From: Armatimonadota bacterium
Lineage (GTDB): Bacteria > Armatimonadota > UBA10988
NCBI GenBank assembly: GCA_016235455.1
Contig: JACRKZ010000026.1
Span: forward strand, 1-64,000
Direction of reading: 5' to 3'
DNA length: 64,000 nt
The notes beneath the pieces were generated by a model. That model did not search any database. It was not told where the DNA came from and saw nothing but the letters and a program-made list of their open reading frames with translations. Positions 54,963 to 63,476 of this stretch are shown here, in pieces; within the stretch, counting starts at the first letter, position 1, and the number at the start of each line of letters is the position of its first letter. The position numbers were made by a program, and so were the translations under genes.

Positions 54963-56237
54963 ATGCAGATCGAGCTCGAGTACGGCCGCTCCGGCCTGAC
55001 GGTGGAACTGCCCGAAGAGCGGGTCCAGAGCGTGTTGCGCCTGAACCCGGCCAGCCCGCTGCCCGACGAGTCGGGCACCGTGTTGGCCGCGCTGCGCAGC
55101 CCGCTGGGCACCGCGCCCCTGCGTGATCTCGCCGCGGGCCGGCGCGATGCGGTCATCGTCATCTGCGACGTGACCCGCCCGGTGCCCAACCAGGTCATCC
55201 TGCCCCAGATCATCGGCGAACTCGAAGCCGCCGGCCTGCCGTCGGAGGCCATCACCATCCTGGTGGCCACGGGCAACCACCGGCCCAATGAGGGGGCCGA
55301 GTTGGTCGAAATGGTCGGCCAGGAAATTGTCGACCGCTACCGCGTGGTCAACCACCACAGCGAGGCCGATGACGAGCAGGCCTACCTCGGCGACAGCAGC
55401 ACCGGCGTCGGCATCTACGTCGACAAAACGTATGTCGAAGCCGACCTCAAGATCATCACCGGCCTGATCGAGCCGCACTTCATGGCGGGCTACAGCGGCG
55501 GCCGCAAGATCGTCTGCCCTGGGCTCATCTCGTTCAAGTCGGTCTACTACTTCCACAGCCCCGCGCTGCTGGAGAGCGACCGCGCCACCAACGGCGTGCT
55601 GGACGGCAACCCGCTGCACGAGTTCGCCCTGGAGGTCTGCGCGGCGGCCGGCGTCGACTTCAACCTGAACGTGGTCATCGATGAGCAGCGGCGCATCTGC
55701 GGCGTGTTCGCCGGCGAACTGGCCCAGGCCCATGCGGCCGGCGTGGCCTTCTGTGACCGCGTCAGCCGCGTGCACTGCGCCGAGCCGGCGGAGGTGGTGC
55801 TGACCACGTCGGCCGGCTATCCGCTCGATGCCACGCTGTACCAGGCAGTCAAGGGCATGGTCGGCGCGCTGCCCGCACTCAAGCCCGGTGGCACGGTGAT
55901 CATCGCCGCCGAGCTGAGCGAGGGCATCGGCAGCCCGGAGTTCCGCGACATGCTATTCGAGGCCGCGGATCACCAGAGCTTCATGGACATGATCCTCGCG
56001 CCGGGCCACACCTTCACTAAGGACCAGTGGGAAGTAGAGATGCTCTGCCGCGTGCTGCGTCGGGGCGACGTGATGGTGGTTTCCTCGGGCCTGAGCGTCG
56101 AGGAACTCGACCGCTGCCTGGTCAAGGGTATGCCCACCGTGGAGGCCGCGGTCGAAGCCGCACTGGCCAAGCACGGACCCGACGCCAGGCTGATCGTCAT
56201 TCCCAGCGGGCCCTACTGCATCCCGAGCGGCTCATGA
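54963..56237 (+). CDS. larA: Nickel-pincer-dependent lactate racemase family protein
   Basis: CDVTRPVP, ATGNHR, EPHFMAGYSGGRK, FHS, LYQAVK; GAGGTG RBS. Confidence 0.9.
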   Translation: MQIELEYGRSGLTVELPEERVQSVLRLNPASPLPDESGTVLAALRSPLGTAPLRDLAAGRRDAVIVICDVTRPVPNQVILPQIIGELEAAGLPSEAITILVATGNHRPNEGAELVEMVGQEIVDRYRVVNHHSEADDEQAYLGDSSTGVGIYVDKTYVEADLKIITGLIEPHFMAGYSGGRKIVCPGLISFKSVYYFHSPALLESDRATNGVLDGNPLHEFALEVCAAAGVDFNLNVVIDEQRRICGVFAGELAQAHAAGVAFCDRVSRVHCAEPAEVVLTTSAGYPLDATLYQAVKGMVGALPALKPGGTVIIAAELSEGIGSPEFRDMLFEAADHQSFMDMILAPGHTFTKDQWEVEMLCRVLRRGDVMVVSSGLSVEELDRCLVKGMPTVEAAVEAALAKHGPDARLIVIPSGPYCIPSGS

Positions 56238-57466
56238 CCAAGGGTCGCGCCTGCTGGCTGCTGCTCGGTCTGCTGGCCTCGGTGCCCATCCGCGCCGCGG
56301 ACCCGGTGTTCGCCGACAAGTTCGACGACAACGCCCGCCAGTGGCGGCTCGACGACCTCTGGAAGTTCGACGCCGGCGAGCTGCAGGTGCATGGCGTGGT
56401 GGGCCAGGTGGCCGTGGTGGGCCAGGCCAAGCCCGCTCTAAGTGACTTCCGCGCCACGCTCCGGTGTCGCTGGATGGATGGTGTCATCACCGCCAGCTAC
56501 GGCTTCCTCTACCGCTTCAACCCGCAGTCGGGCAACGGCTACTTCATGTGCTGCTCTGCTGCCGGCGGCTACGGCTTTGGCCGCGTGCAGGGCGGCGAGT
56601 TCGAGATCAAGGGTCGCGGCCGCAACTCCGAACTGATGCTGGCCGGGCCGCGCACGCTGACCATCGAGGTCAAGGGCGATCTGCACAAGCTGGCCTACAA
56701 CGGCGTCGACCTGGACACCTGGCGCGACGGTGAACTGACCTCGGGCGGCTTTGGCCTGCTGGCCATTGATGCCGCGCAGGTGGCCTTCGAGGAGTTGACC
56801 ATCGACAGCCTGGCCGAGCCCGGTGCCGCGACGCCCACGCCGCCCGACGCCGGCCCCACCCCGCTGCCGGAGCCCGGCACGGGTATTGGTCCGACGATGC
56901 GGCCGGGCAGCGCCTTCGTGCGGCTGGACATGGTCGATCTCGACCGTCTGCGCGCCTGGCGCCGCCGCTACAACGCCATGGCGGCCGCGGTCGGCGATGC
57001 GCCCTTGGCGGGTGATGTGGACGCCACCGACGTCGCGGTCATGGCCTGGCTGCGGCTGCGGCAGTCGGCGGCGGCCTGTCCGCCGGCGCAGTGGCTGGTC
57101 GACCTGCTGATGGATGAGAAGATGGCCGCGGCCGGCGCGGTGGGGCCGGCACCACAGGCCGCCGCGGCGTTCGCGCTGGCCATCGCCCAGCAGCCCGCCG
57201 CCGGGCCGGGCGAGACTCTATCGGGCGGAGAGGACCTGCTCGGCGCGCTGTCGTGGTACTTCGCCCAGCGCGGCCGCACCGCCGCGGGCTGGGGCGACAA
57301 GCCGCAGGTCGGGCTGGCGCCGGACGCCGCGCTCAGCGCCAGGCTGGCCGACGACGGCGTCCAGTCGGCCAAGCGTCTCGACCTCGCCCAGCATCGGCCC
57401 GAGTGGGAACTGCTGGCCGCGAAGGTCAAGCTGCTGGCCCCCAACCTCAAGCCCAAGGGCCGCTGA
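56234..57466 (+). CDS. Secreted hypothetical protein with a ConA/DUF1080-like N-terminal domain and Pro-rich linker
   Basis: ATGA coupling to larA; signal peptide; FADKFDD..YGFLYR..GYF..LTIEVKG..GGFGL..VAFEELTI. Confidence 0.7.
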   Translation: MTKGRACWLLLGLLASVPIRAADPVFADKFDDNARQWRLDDLWKFDAGELQVHGVVGQVAVVGQAKPALSDFRATLRCRWMDGVITASYGFLYRFNPQSGNGYFMCCSAAGGYGFGRVQGGEFEIKGRGRNSELMLAGPRTLTIEVKGDLHKLAYNGVDLDTWRDGELTSGGFGLLAIDAAQVAFEELTIDSLAEPGAATPTPPDAGPTPLPEPGTGIGPTMRPGSAFVRLDMVDLDRLRAWRRRYNAMAAAVGDAPLAGDVDATDVAVMAWLRLRQSAAACPPAQWLVDLLMDEKMAAAGAVGPAPQAAAAFALAIAQQPAAGPGETLSGGEDLLGALSWYFAQRGRTAAGWGDKPQVGLAPDAALSARLADDGVQSAKRLDLAQHRPEWELLAAKVKLLAPNLKPKGR

Positions 57467-57493
57467 AGCGCGATTTGTGCTATGTTGTGGGCG

Positions 57494-58168
57494 ATGGAGC
57501 AGCGCGCGCACTGGTCGGTAGCACAACGGGCCTGTCTGGACATGGCCTGGCTTGTGTTCGGCCTGCCGCACCGCTTGCGCGTCCACGGCCGTGAGCATGT
57601 GCCGGCCGAGGGCGGCCTGCTGGTGGTGTGCAACCACTTCTCGCTGCTCGACCCGATCTTCCTGTCGCTGGCGGTGCCGCGACCCATTCGCTACCTCGTC
57701 AAGCCACTGCCGGCCGGCTTCGAGCCGGTGCAGGCCATCTACGATGTCTACGGCTGCATTGCCACGGGCAGCGGGCGCCAACTGGCCCGCGCCATGGCCG
57801 AGACATCGCGGCTGGTGACCGAAGGCGCGGGCCTGGCCATCTTCCCCGAGGGCGGCATCAGCCGTGACGGGCAGTTGCAGCCGTTCCAGACCGGCGCCGC
57901 GCGCGTCGCGCTGAGCACGGGCTGCGCCGTCCTGCCAGCGTGGATCGAGGGTGCCTACGAGGCCATGCCCGCGGGCCGCATGTTGCCACGGCTGGCGCCG
58001 GTCAGCGTGCACTTCGGGCAGACCTTCCGGCTGTCCGCGCGGCCGGGCGCGGCCCACCGCGCGCGCGATCTGAACCGTGCTACCATGGTGCTGACCGAAG
58101 CCGTCGCGCGCCAGGCCCCGCGCCGGGCGAACCTGGCGCCGCGCGACGAAAGAGGAGCGCCTTGCTGA
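57494..58168 (+). CDS. Lysophospholipid acyltransferase (PlsC family)
   Basis: NHFSLLD (HX4D) and IFPEGG. Confidence 0.9.
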   Translation: MEQRAHWSVAQRACLDMAWLVFGLPHRLRVHGREHVPAEGGLLVVCNHFSLLDPIFLSLAVPRPIRYLVKPLPAGFEPVQAIYDVYGCIATGSGRQLARAMAETSRLVTEGAGLAIFPEGGISRDGQLQPFQTGAARVALSTGCAVLPAWIEGAYEAMPAGRMLPRLAPVSVHFGQTFRLSARPGAAHRARDLNRATMVLTEAVARQAPRRANLAPRDERGAPC

Positions 58169-59223
58169 CCCAGTTGCCAGTCGCCATTTGCGGGCTCGCG
58201 CCGGTGGCCGCGCGCCGCCCGGAGCCGAGTCTGTTCGGCTGGGTGGTCAGCAGTCACGCCGCGGCCTATGCGTCGCATCCGGCCTGCGATGTGGTGGCGG
58301 TCCACGACTGGCGCAGCGACCTGATGACCAACTTCCGCGACACCTGGCTGGACTTCTGGCCGGCCGTGGCCTGCTACCCGCTGATGGGCCTGCTGCTGGC
58401 CGAGGCCAAGCCGACCATCGTCAGCGTGGCCACGCCCGAGACGACGCGTTGCGAAGTCATCCTGGCGGCGCTGGCCAACGGCGTGAAGGGGCTGCTCTGC
58501 GAGAAGCCCATGGCCACCAGCCTGACCGACGGCCACCGCATCATCCGTGCCGTGCGCGAAGCCGGGGCGTCGATGGTGGTCTATCAGCCGCGCCGTTACG
58601 ACCCACTGCTGCATCTCGCCCGCGATCTGCTGCGCTCGGGCGACCTGGGCGAGTTACGGCGGCTGCGCTGCTACCACGGCGGCTCGCGCGCGCTGCTGTT
58701 CCGCACCGGCACCCACGCCATCGACACGCTCTGCTTCTTGGCCGAGGCGCCCGTGGTGGAGGTGACCGGCCGCCTGGAGCCCGGTTTTGAGGACTATGAG
58801 CCGTACCTCAGCGAGCTGCCGCGCGACCCTAACCGCGAGCCGACGGCCAGCGCCCGCCTGACCTTCGCCGACGGTGTCGTGGCGCACTACGACGGCGTGC
58901 GCCACGGCCGGCGCGTGCTGTGGTTCGATATCGAGGGCTCCCACGGCGGCATGAGGGTATGGGAGCGGCACATCGAGTTGACCACGTCGGGCGGCACGCG
59001 GGTCATGGTGCCCCCGACCTTCGACCGCGTGGGCATTGCCGGCGCGGTGAACGAACTGGTGCGCCTGGTGCAGTATGGCGGGCGCACGGTTTCGCCGCCC
59101 GAGGACGGCCTCCAGACCCTGGCGGTCCTGTTGGCCATCCTCGAATCAGCGCGGCACGGCGCGCGGCGCGTGCCGGTGTTGGATCGATTGACGCCGGACT
59201 ACGGGCGGTCCTGGCGACTGTAG
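58162..59223 (+). CDS. Gfo/Idh/MocA family oxidoreductase
   Basis: GAGGAG RBS then TTG; IVSVATP, CEKPMA, GDLGE, GTHAID, LAILESA. Confidence 0.85.
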   Translation: MLTQLPVAICGLAPVAARRPEPSLFGWVVSSHAAAYASHPACDVVAVHDWRSDLMTNFRDTWLDFWPAVACYPLMGLLLAEAKPTIVSVATPETTRCEVILAALANGVKGLLCEKPMATSLTDGHRIIRAVREAGASMVVYQPRRYDPLLHLARDLLRSGDLGELRRLRCYHGGSRALLFRTGTHAIDTLCFLAEAPVVEVTGRLEPGFEDYEPYLSELPRDPNREPTASARLTFADGVVAHYDGVRHGRRVLWFDIEGSHGGMRVWERHIELTTSGGTRVMVPPTFDRVGIAGAVNELVRLVQYGGRTVSPPEDGLQTLAVLLAILESARHGARRVPVLDRLTPDYGRSWRL

Positions 59224-59282
59224 CTGGGACGAGGGTGCTGGACTTGTGCCAAGCCCAGCACCCTCGTAACACCACCCCCGTC

Positions 59283-59825
59283 TCAGGCCGTGGCGCTCCA
59301 CACGGCGTACTCCTCGCGGATCTGCCGCATATGGTAGGCGACGTTGGCCGATGTGCAGCCCAGTACCGCGCCGGCCTGGCGCCAGGTCAGCCCGTCCAGC
59401 AGGCATTCCATGATGGCCCGCTGGGTCGGCTTGAGCCGGTCCAGGAAGGCGTCGGTGGCCAGGTCGGTCAGGCGCTGGTCGTGGTCGCGCCGCGTGGCAG
59501 GCTCTTCGCCGGGCACTGACTCCAGCGGCTCGGTGCGCCGCACGCGAGCCCGCTTAACGTGGTCCAGCAGCCGCCAGCGCGCCCGCTTGAGCAGGTACTG
59601 CTCCGGGTCGCCGATGGACAGGTCGACCACTTCGAGCGCTTCGAGCAGGCCCAACCAGGCTTCGGACAGCAGGTCGTCGGCGTCTTCGCCCGTGCGGGCG
59701 GCGTAGTAGCGGGCCATGGAGCGCAGGCGCTGCCAGAGCCGCTCAGCCATGGCGTCCTTGGCTCCCAGGTGGCCTTGCTTGGCGGCTTCCAGCCCAAATC
59801 GTTGTCGTACAAATGTGGCTCGCAT
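59283..59825 (-). CDS. Small sigma-70 family sigma factor (ECF/SigH-like, regions 2 and 4 only)
   Basis: EDADDLLSEAWLGLLEAL (region 2) and LKPTQRAIM..GLTWRQAGAVLGCTSANV (region 4 HTH). Confidence 0.85.
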   Translation of the reverse strand: MRATFVRQRFGLEAAKQGHLGAKDAMAERLWQRLRSMARYYAARTGEDADDLLSEAWLGLLEALEVVDLSIGDPEQYLLKRARWRLLDHVKRARVRRTEPLESVPGEEPATRRDHDQRLTDLATDAFLDRLKPTQRAIMECLLDGLTWRQAGAVLGCTSANVAYHMRQIREEYAVWSATA

Positions 59826-59968
59826 CTCAGGTCTCGTGGCGTTGTGACGCCGGTCCGAAGTGGGTCGCTCGCGTCGATGCGCAAGCTGTCCGCTGGTTCG
59901 GGACCACCCAGCGCAAAGCGGTACGCTTTGCGCTGCACGAGAGCTGAATGCGTTCTCAGAGGAACGGA

Positions 59969-60034
59969 TCAGGCCTCGTGGCGGGTGGTGCTCGAACCTG
60001 CTGGCTGCGCAAGGCTAATCCGCAGGTCAAACAT
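59969..60034 (-). CDS. Candidate 21-aa leader peptide (uORF) MFDLRISLAQPAGSSTTRHEA
   Basis: Strong GGAGG SD upstream of ATG 60034; lies between the promoter and the sigma gene. Confidence 0.45.
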   Translation of the reverse strand: MFDLRISLAQPAGSSTTRHEA

Positions 60035-60098
60035 CTTCTTCCCTCCACTGCCCTATCGGGCGCTCAACATTAACGCGTCGGACGACGCATCGTCCGGT

Positions 60099-60127
60099 AC
60101 GGTACAGCCCGTATCGCGTCGGGTCAA
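60099..60127 (-). promoter_or_regulatory. Sigma70-type promoter for the sigma-factor leader
   Basis: TTGACC-N17-TACCGT. Confidence 0.6.
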
Positions 60128-60156
60128 GGCTCTGCTAAAGGCGCAACGAAAAAAGT

Positions 60157-60558
60157 TCAGGCGCGTTTGCGGGTGGTCATGTTGTGGGCCACGGCCGCGC
60201 GGATCAGGGCGCCGAGCGCCTCGCGGTCAAGCCTGTCGCCCTGGTGAATATCGATGGCGCGCCGGGTGTTGCCCTTGAGGCTGGCGTTGAACAGCCCGGC
60301 CGGGTCGGGCAGCGAGGCGCCCTTGGCAAAGGTCATCTTGACCACCTGGCGGTACGTCTCGCCGGTGCAGATCAGGCCGCCGTGCGACCACACCGGCACC
60401 CCGCGCCATTTCCACTCCTCGACCACGTCGGGATCCGCCTCTCTGATCACGGCGCGCACCCTGGCGAGCATGTCGCCCCGCCAGTCGACCAACTCGGCGA
60501 TCCTCGCGTCGATCAGCTCCGAGGGCGACTGGGTCCGCTCCGTCTGGGCCTGATCCAT
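60157..60558 (-). CDS. DUF1801 (YdhG-like) protein
   Basis: DWRGDMLARVRAVIREADP.VVEEWKWRGVPVW, TFAKGASL.DP.GLFNASL.GN.RRAID. Confidence 0.9.
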   Translation of the reverse strand: MDQAQTERTQSPSELIDARIAELVDWRGDMLARVRAVIREADPDVVEEWKWRGVPVWSHGGLICTGETYRQVVKMTFAKGASLPDPAGLFNASLKGNTRRAIDIHQGDRLDREALGALIRAAVAHNMTTRKRA

Positions 60559-60586
60559 GGGTTCTTCCTCCCCGTGCCTCGCCGCG

Positions 60587-61027
60587 TCACGCGAGGCTAT
60601 TGGCCAGGAATGCCGCCAGCCGATCCAGGTTCTGCTCGTTGGCGGGTTCGCAGATGGGGCGGACCCGCGCCGCCACCGCGGGGTCCTCGAACTCCTGGAT
60701 CCAGGCCACATGGGTCTGCTCGCCACGCGCGGTCAGCAACACGGTCAGCGTGAAGTGGGGCGGCGATACGTGGTCGATGACCACCTTGGTGCAAGGCTGG
60801 ATCTCGCGGAAGACGGCCTCGTTGGCGTAGTCTGCGCCGTCCGGACCGTGCATCACGAAGACCCACCGGCCGCCGGGCGCGAAGTCGAACCGCTCGATCG
60901 TGTTGTGGAAGCCGGCCGGCCCCCACCATTGGGCGATCGACTCGGGTTGCTCGAACGCGGCGAACACGGCGTGCGGTGTGGCGGATATCAACCGCTCGGT
61001 GCGGATGACGGCGTCAGGCTCGTTCAT
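60587..61027 (-). CDS. SRPBCC/AHSA1 (START-like) domain protein
   Basis: VFAAF..PE.IAQWWGPAGF, PGGRWVFVMHGPDG, ANEQNLDRL. Confidence 0.9.
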   Translation of the reverse strand: MNEPDAVIRTERLISATPHAVFAAFEQPESIAQWWGPAGFHNTIERFDFAPGGRWVFVMHGPDGADYANEAVFREIQPCTKVVIDHVSPPHFTLTVLLTARGEQTHVAWIQEFEDPAVAARVRPICEPANEQNLDRLAAFLANSLA

Positions 61028-61155
61028 GGGCGCTCCCTCTGGCACTGCGGCGATCAGATTGTGGTGCAGCGGCGGCCAGTCGTCGGGGGCGGTGGCCGGG
61101 TCGCTGGCTCCGATGGCTCGGGTTTGCTATGCTGGTCAGCCACGGAGGAGCCCCC

Positions 61156-62010
61156 ATGTCGACCGCCTTGCAGGTGTCGTGCGTGCAGATGCACTGGGCC
61201 AGGGATCTGCGCTACAACGTGGACCGGACGCTGCACTACATCGAGGCCGCGGCGCGAGCCGGCAGCCGTGTGCTGCTCTTCCCCGAGGCGCACCTCACCG
61301 GCTACTTCTTCCCCTACCTCACCACGCTCTCGGCCGATGTGGTTCGTGAGGCCCTGGAGGCGACCCAAGAGGCAGCCCGGTCGCATGGCCTGTGGGTCAT
61401 CGCCGGCAGCATCCGGCCAACCGCCGACCGCTTCCTGAACCTGGCGCATGTCATCAACCCCGATGGCGAGATTGTGCACGAGTATGCCAAGGTCCACATG
61501 GCCGGCCGCGACGAGAAGAGCTTCTGCCGGGGCGGCAACAAGCTGTCGCTGTTCGAGATCGACGGCATTTTGTGCACGCTGGTCATCTGCCGCGACGGCC
61601 GGCATCCCGAGCTCTACCGGGTGCCGGCCATGGCGGGCGCGCAGATCCTATTCCACCCGTCGTGCAGCTCGGACGAGATCGAGGCCGTCTGCTGGAAGCG
61701 CGTCGCGGGCCGCGCGCAGCAGCCCGTGGGACCCAACACCAGGATCTTCCACTGCGTCGCCAACACCATCGGCGAGTCGCCCGACGGCAAGCAGACGTCA
61801 AGCGGATCGTCGTTCATCCGCGAGCCCGGCGGCATCCCGTTGGCCGAGGCCGGCTTCTACCGGGAGGAGATGATCACCGCGGTCCTGGACCTGGAGCGGG
61901 CCGACCGCGCGTATGTCCTGGACAGCATGGCCGACCCGCCGTGCCTGGCGCCCTACTGGCAGGCCATGGTCGCAGAGACCATCGCCCGCCGTGACCTCCG
62001 GCCCGAGTGA
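61156..62010 (+). CDS. Carbon-nitrogen hydrolase (nitrilase superfamily)
   Basis: Glu-Lys-Cys triad in LFPEA, YAKVH and VICRD; GGAGGAG RBS. Confidence 0.9.
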   Translation: MSTALQVSCVQMHWARDLRYNVDRTLHYIEAAARAGSRVLLFPEAHLTGYFFPYLTTLSADVVREALEATQEAARSHGLWVIAGSIRPTADRFLNLAHVINPDGEIVHEYAKVHMAGRDEKSFCRGGNKLSLFEIDGILCTLVICRDGRHPELYRVPAMAGAQILFHPSCSSDEIEAVCWKRVAGRAQQPVGPNTRIFHCVANTIGESPDGKQTSSGSSFIREPGGIPLAEAGFYREEMITAVLDLERADRAYVLDSMADPPCLAPYWQAMVAETIARRDLRPE

Positions 62011-62019
62011 GCGCGGCGG

Positions 62020-63012
62020 TCAGGCGGGCGCAACCGGCATCGCGGCAATGCAGCCGGGCAAGGCCGCCTGCAGCAGGCGCCGGTTGAGCAGGATGCGCGC
62101 GGTCAGCTCGGCCGGCTGGCCCTGCGCGGCGCTGGCCAGCAGCGCGGGATCAAGGGCGATGCCGGCAAAGCGCTCAGGCGAGTAGACGTGCTCGTTCTCG
62201 ATGATGCGGTTCAACTCGCCGGCCAGGGACTCGACCACTCCCTTGGGCACCGGCTGGCCATCGGTCAGCCGCCGCACCATGTTCATGGTGGCGGTGGAGA
62301 ACTGGCCCAACAGGTAGGCGGCGATGGGGTCGCTGCCGGCGCGCAGTTGGGCGCAGAACGCGCCCGCGTCGACCACGTCGAGCTGGGTCACCCAAGCCGC
62401 GGCCACCGTCTCGTCGGGGCACACTTCCTTCATGCACGACGGGCAGATGCCGTGGCTGAACCGGGCATCCGTGCGCTCGGCGATGAACACCTCGACGCGC
62501 TGCCAGTAGCCGGCGTCGTCGCGGATCTTGTGGCACCACGCGCAGATCGGCAGCAAACCCTCGAGCCGACGGACCTCATCGAGCGCGAGGCGGAGCTGCC
62601 CGATCAGTTCCTCACGCTCAGCTTGGGCGCGCCGACGTTCGATGGCGTAGCGCAGCGTGCGGACGAGCATGGGGCCGGCGATCTGGCCCTTGACCAGGTA
62701 GTCCTGGGCGCCCATCTGCACCAACTGCTCGCCCAGTTCCTCGTCCTCCAGGCTGGTCAGCACGACGACCGGAAGCGCGGGGTGGCGGTCGTTGAGCCGG
62801 CGGTAGGTTTCGACGCCGAGGCTGTCCGGCAGGCAGAGGTCGAGCAGCACCGCGTCGAACGTCCCGTCCTCCAGCCGCAGCAAGCCGTCGCCGAGCGTCT
62901 CCACCGTCGCCAGGACCACGCTGCCGGGCTCGGCGCCACGCAGGTACTCGGCCACCAGCCAGGCCTGCGCCGGCTCGTCGTCGATCAGCAGCACATGCAT
63001 GGGTTGGCTCAT
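62020..63012 (-). CDS. Response regulator (REC, coiled coil, CxxC/CxxC motif, unknown C-terminal domain)
   Basis: LLIDDE, LLDLCLPD, VVLTS, AQDYLVK; LPICAWCHKIRD..FSHGICPSC. Confidence 0.88.
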   Translation of the reverse strand: MSQPMHVLLIDDEPAQAWLVAEYLRGAEPGSVVLATVETLGDGLLRLEDGTFDAVLLDLCLPDSLGVETYRRLNDRHPALPVVVLTSLEDEELGEQLVQMGAQDYLVKGQIAGPMLVRTLRYAIERRRAQAEREELIGQLRLALDEVRRLEGLLPICAWCHKIRDDAGYWQRVEVFIAERTDARFSHGICPSCMKEVCPDETVAAAWVTQLDVVDAGAFCAQLRAGSDPIAAYLLGQFSTATMNMVRRLTDGQPVPKGVVESLAGELNRIIENEHVYSPERFAGIALDPALLASAAQGQPAELTARILLNRRLLQAALPGCIAAMPVAPA

Positions 63013-63476
63013 GCCTCATCCTCGCCGACTGGCAGCCGCGCGGTCGACAGCCAGAACTCGCAGGTGGCACGCACGGCCTGCATGTACTGGTCCAGTTCCA
63101 CGGGTTTGGTCACGTAGCAGTTGGCGTGCAAGGCATAGGCCTGAGCGATGTCGCGTTGCGCCGACGAGGTGGTCATCACTACCACCGGGATGCTGGCCAG
63201 GTCCGGGTCGCCCTTCATCTCGGCCAACACCTCGCGACCATCTTTGCGCGGCAGGTTGAGGTCGAGGATCACGAGCGCGGGTCGCGGGGCGTCCTGGTAG
63301 CAGCCCAGTCGGTGCAGGTAGGCCAGCGCCTCGACCCCGTCTTCAACCACGTCCACGCGCAGCGCGGCGTCGGCGCCTTGGACGGCTTCCTTGGTCAGGT
63401 AGGCATCGCCCGGTTCATCCTCAACCAGTAGTATCACGGTGACCCTCGTTTCCAGGTCGGCCCTGTCCGTCTCCAT
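63009..63476 (-). CDS. Single-domain response regulator (Rcp1-like); the start may instead be GTG 63437
   Basis: ILLVED, ILDLNLPRKDGREVL, VVMTTS, ANCYVTKP. Confidence 0.92.
   Translation of the reverse strand: METDRADLETRVTVILLVEDEPGDAYLTKEAVQGADAALRVDVVEDGVEALAYLHRLGCYQDAPRPALVILDLNLPRKDGREVLAEMKGDPDLASIPVVVMTTSSAQRDIAQAYALHANCYVTKPVELDQYMQAVRATCEFWLSTARLPVGEDEA

Noticed and set aside
63421-63476. 56-bp overlap between the kinase and the response regulator as a special feature
   Set aside because: It shrinks to 17 bp if the regulator starts at GTG 63437, which has a GAGGG SD; such overlaps are ordinary in HK-RR operons.
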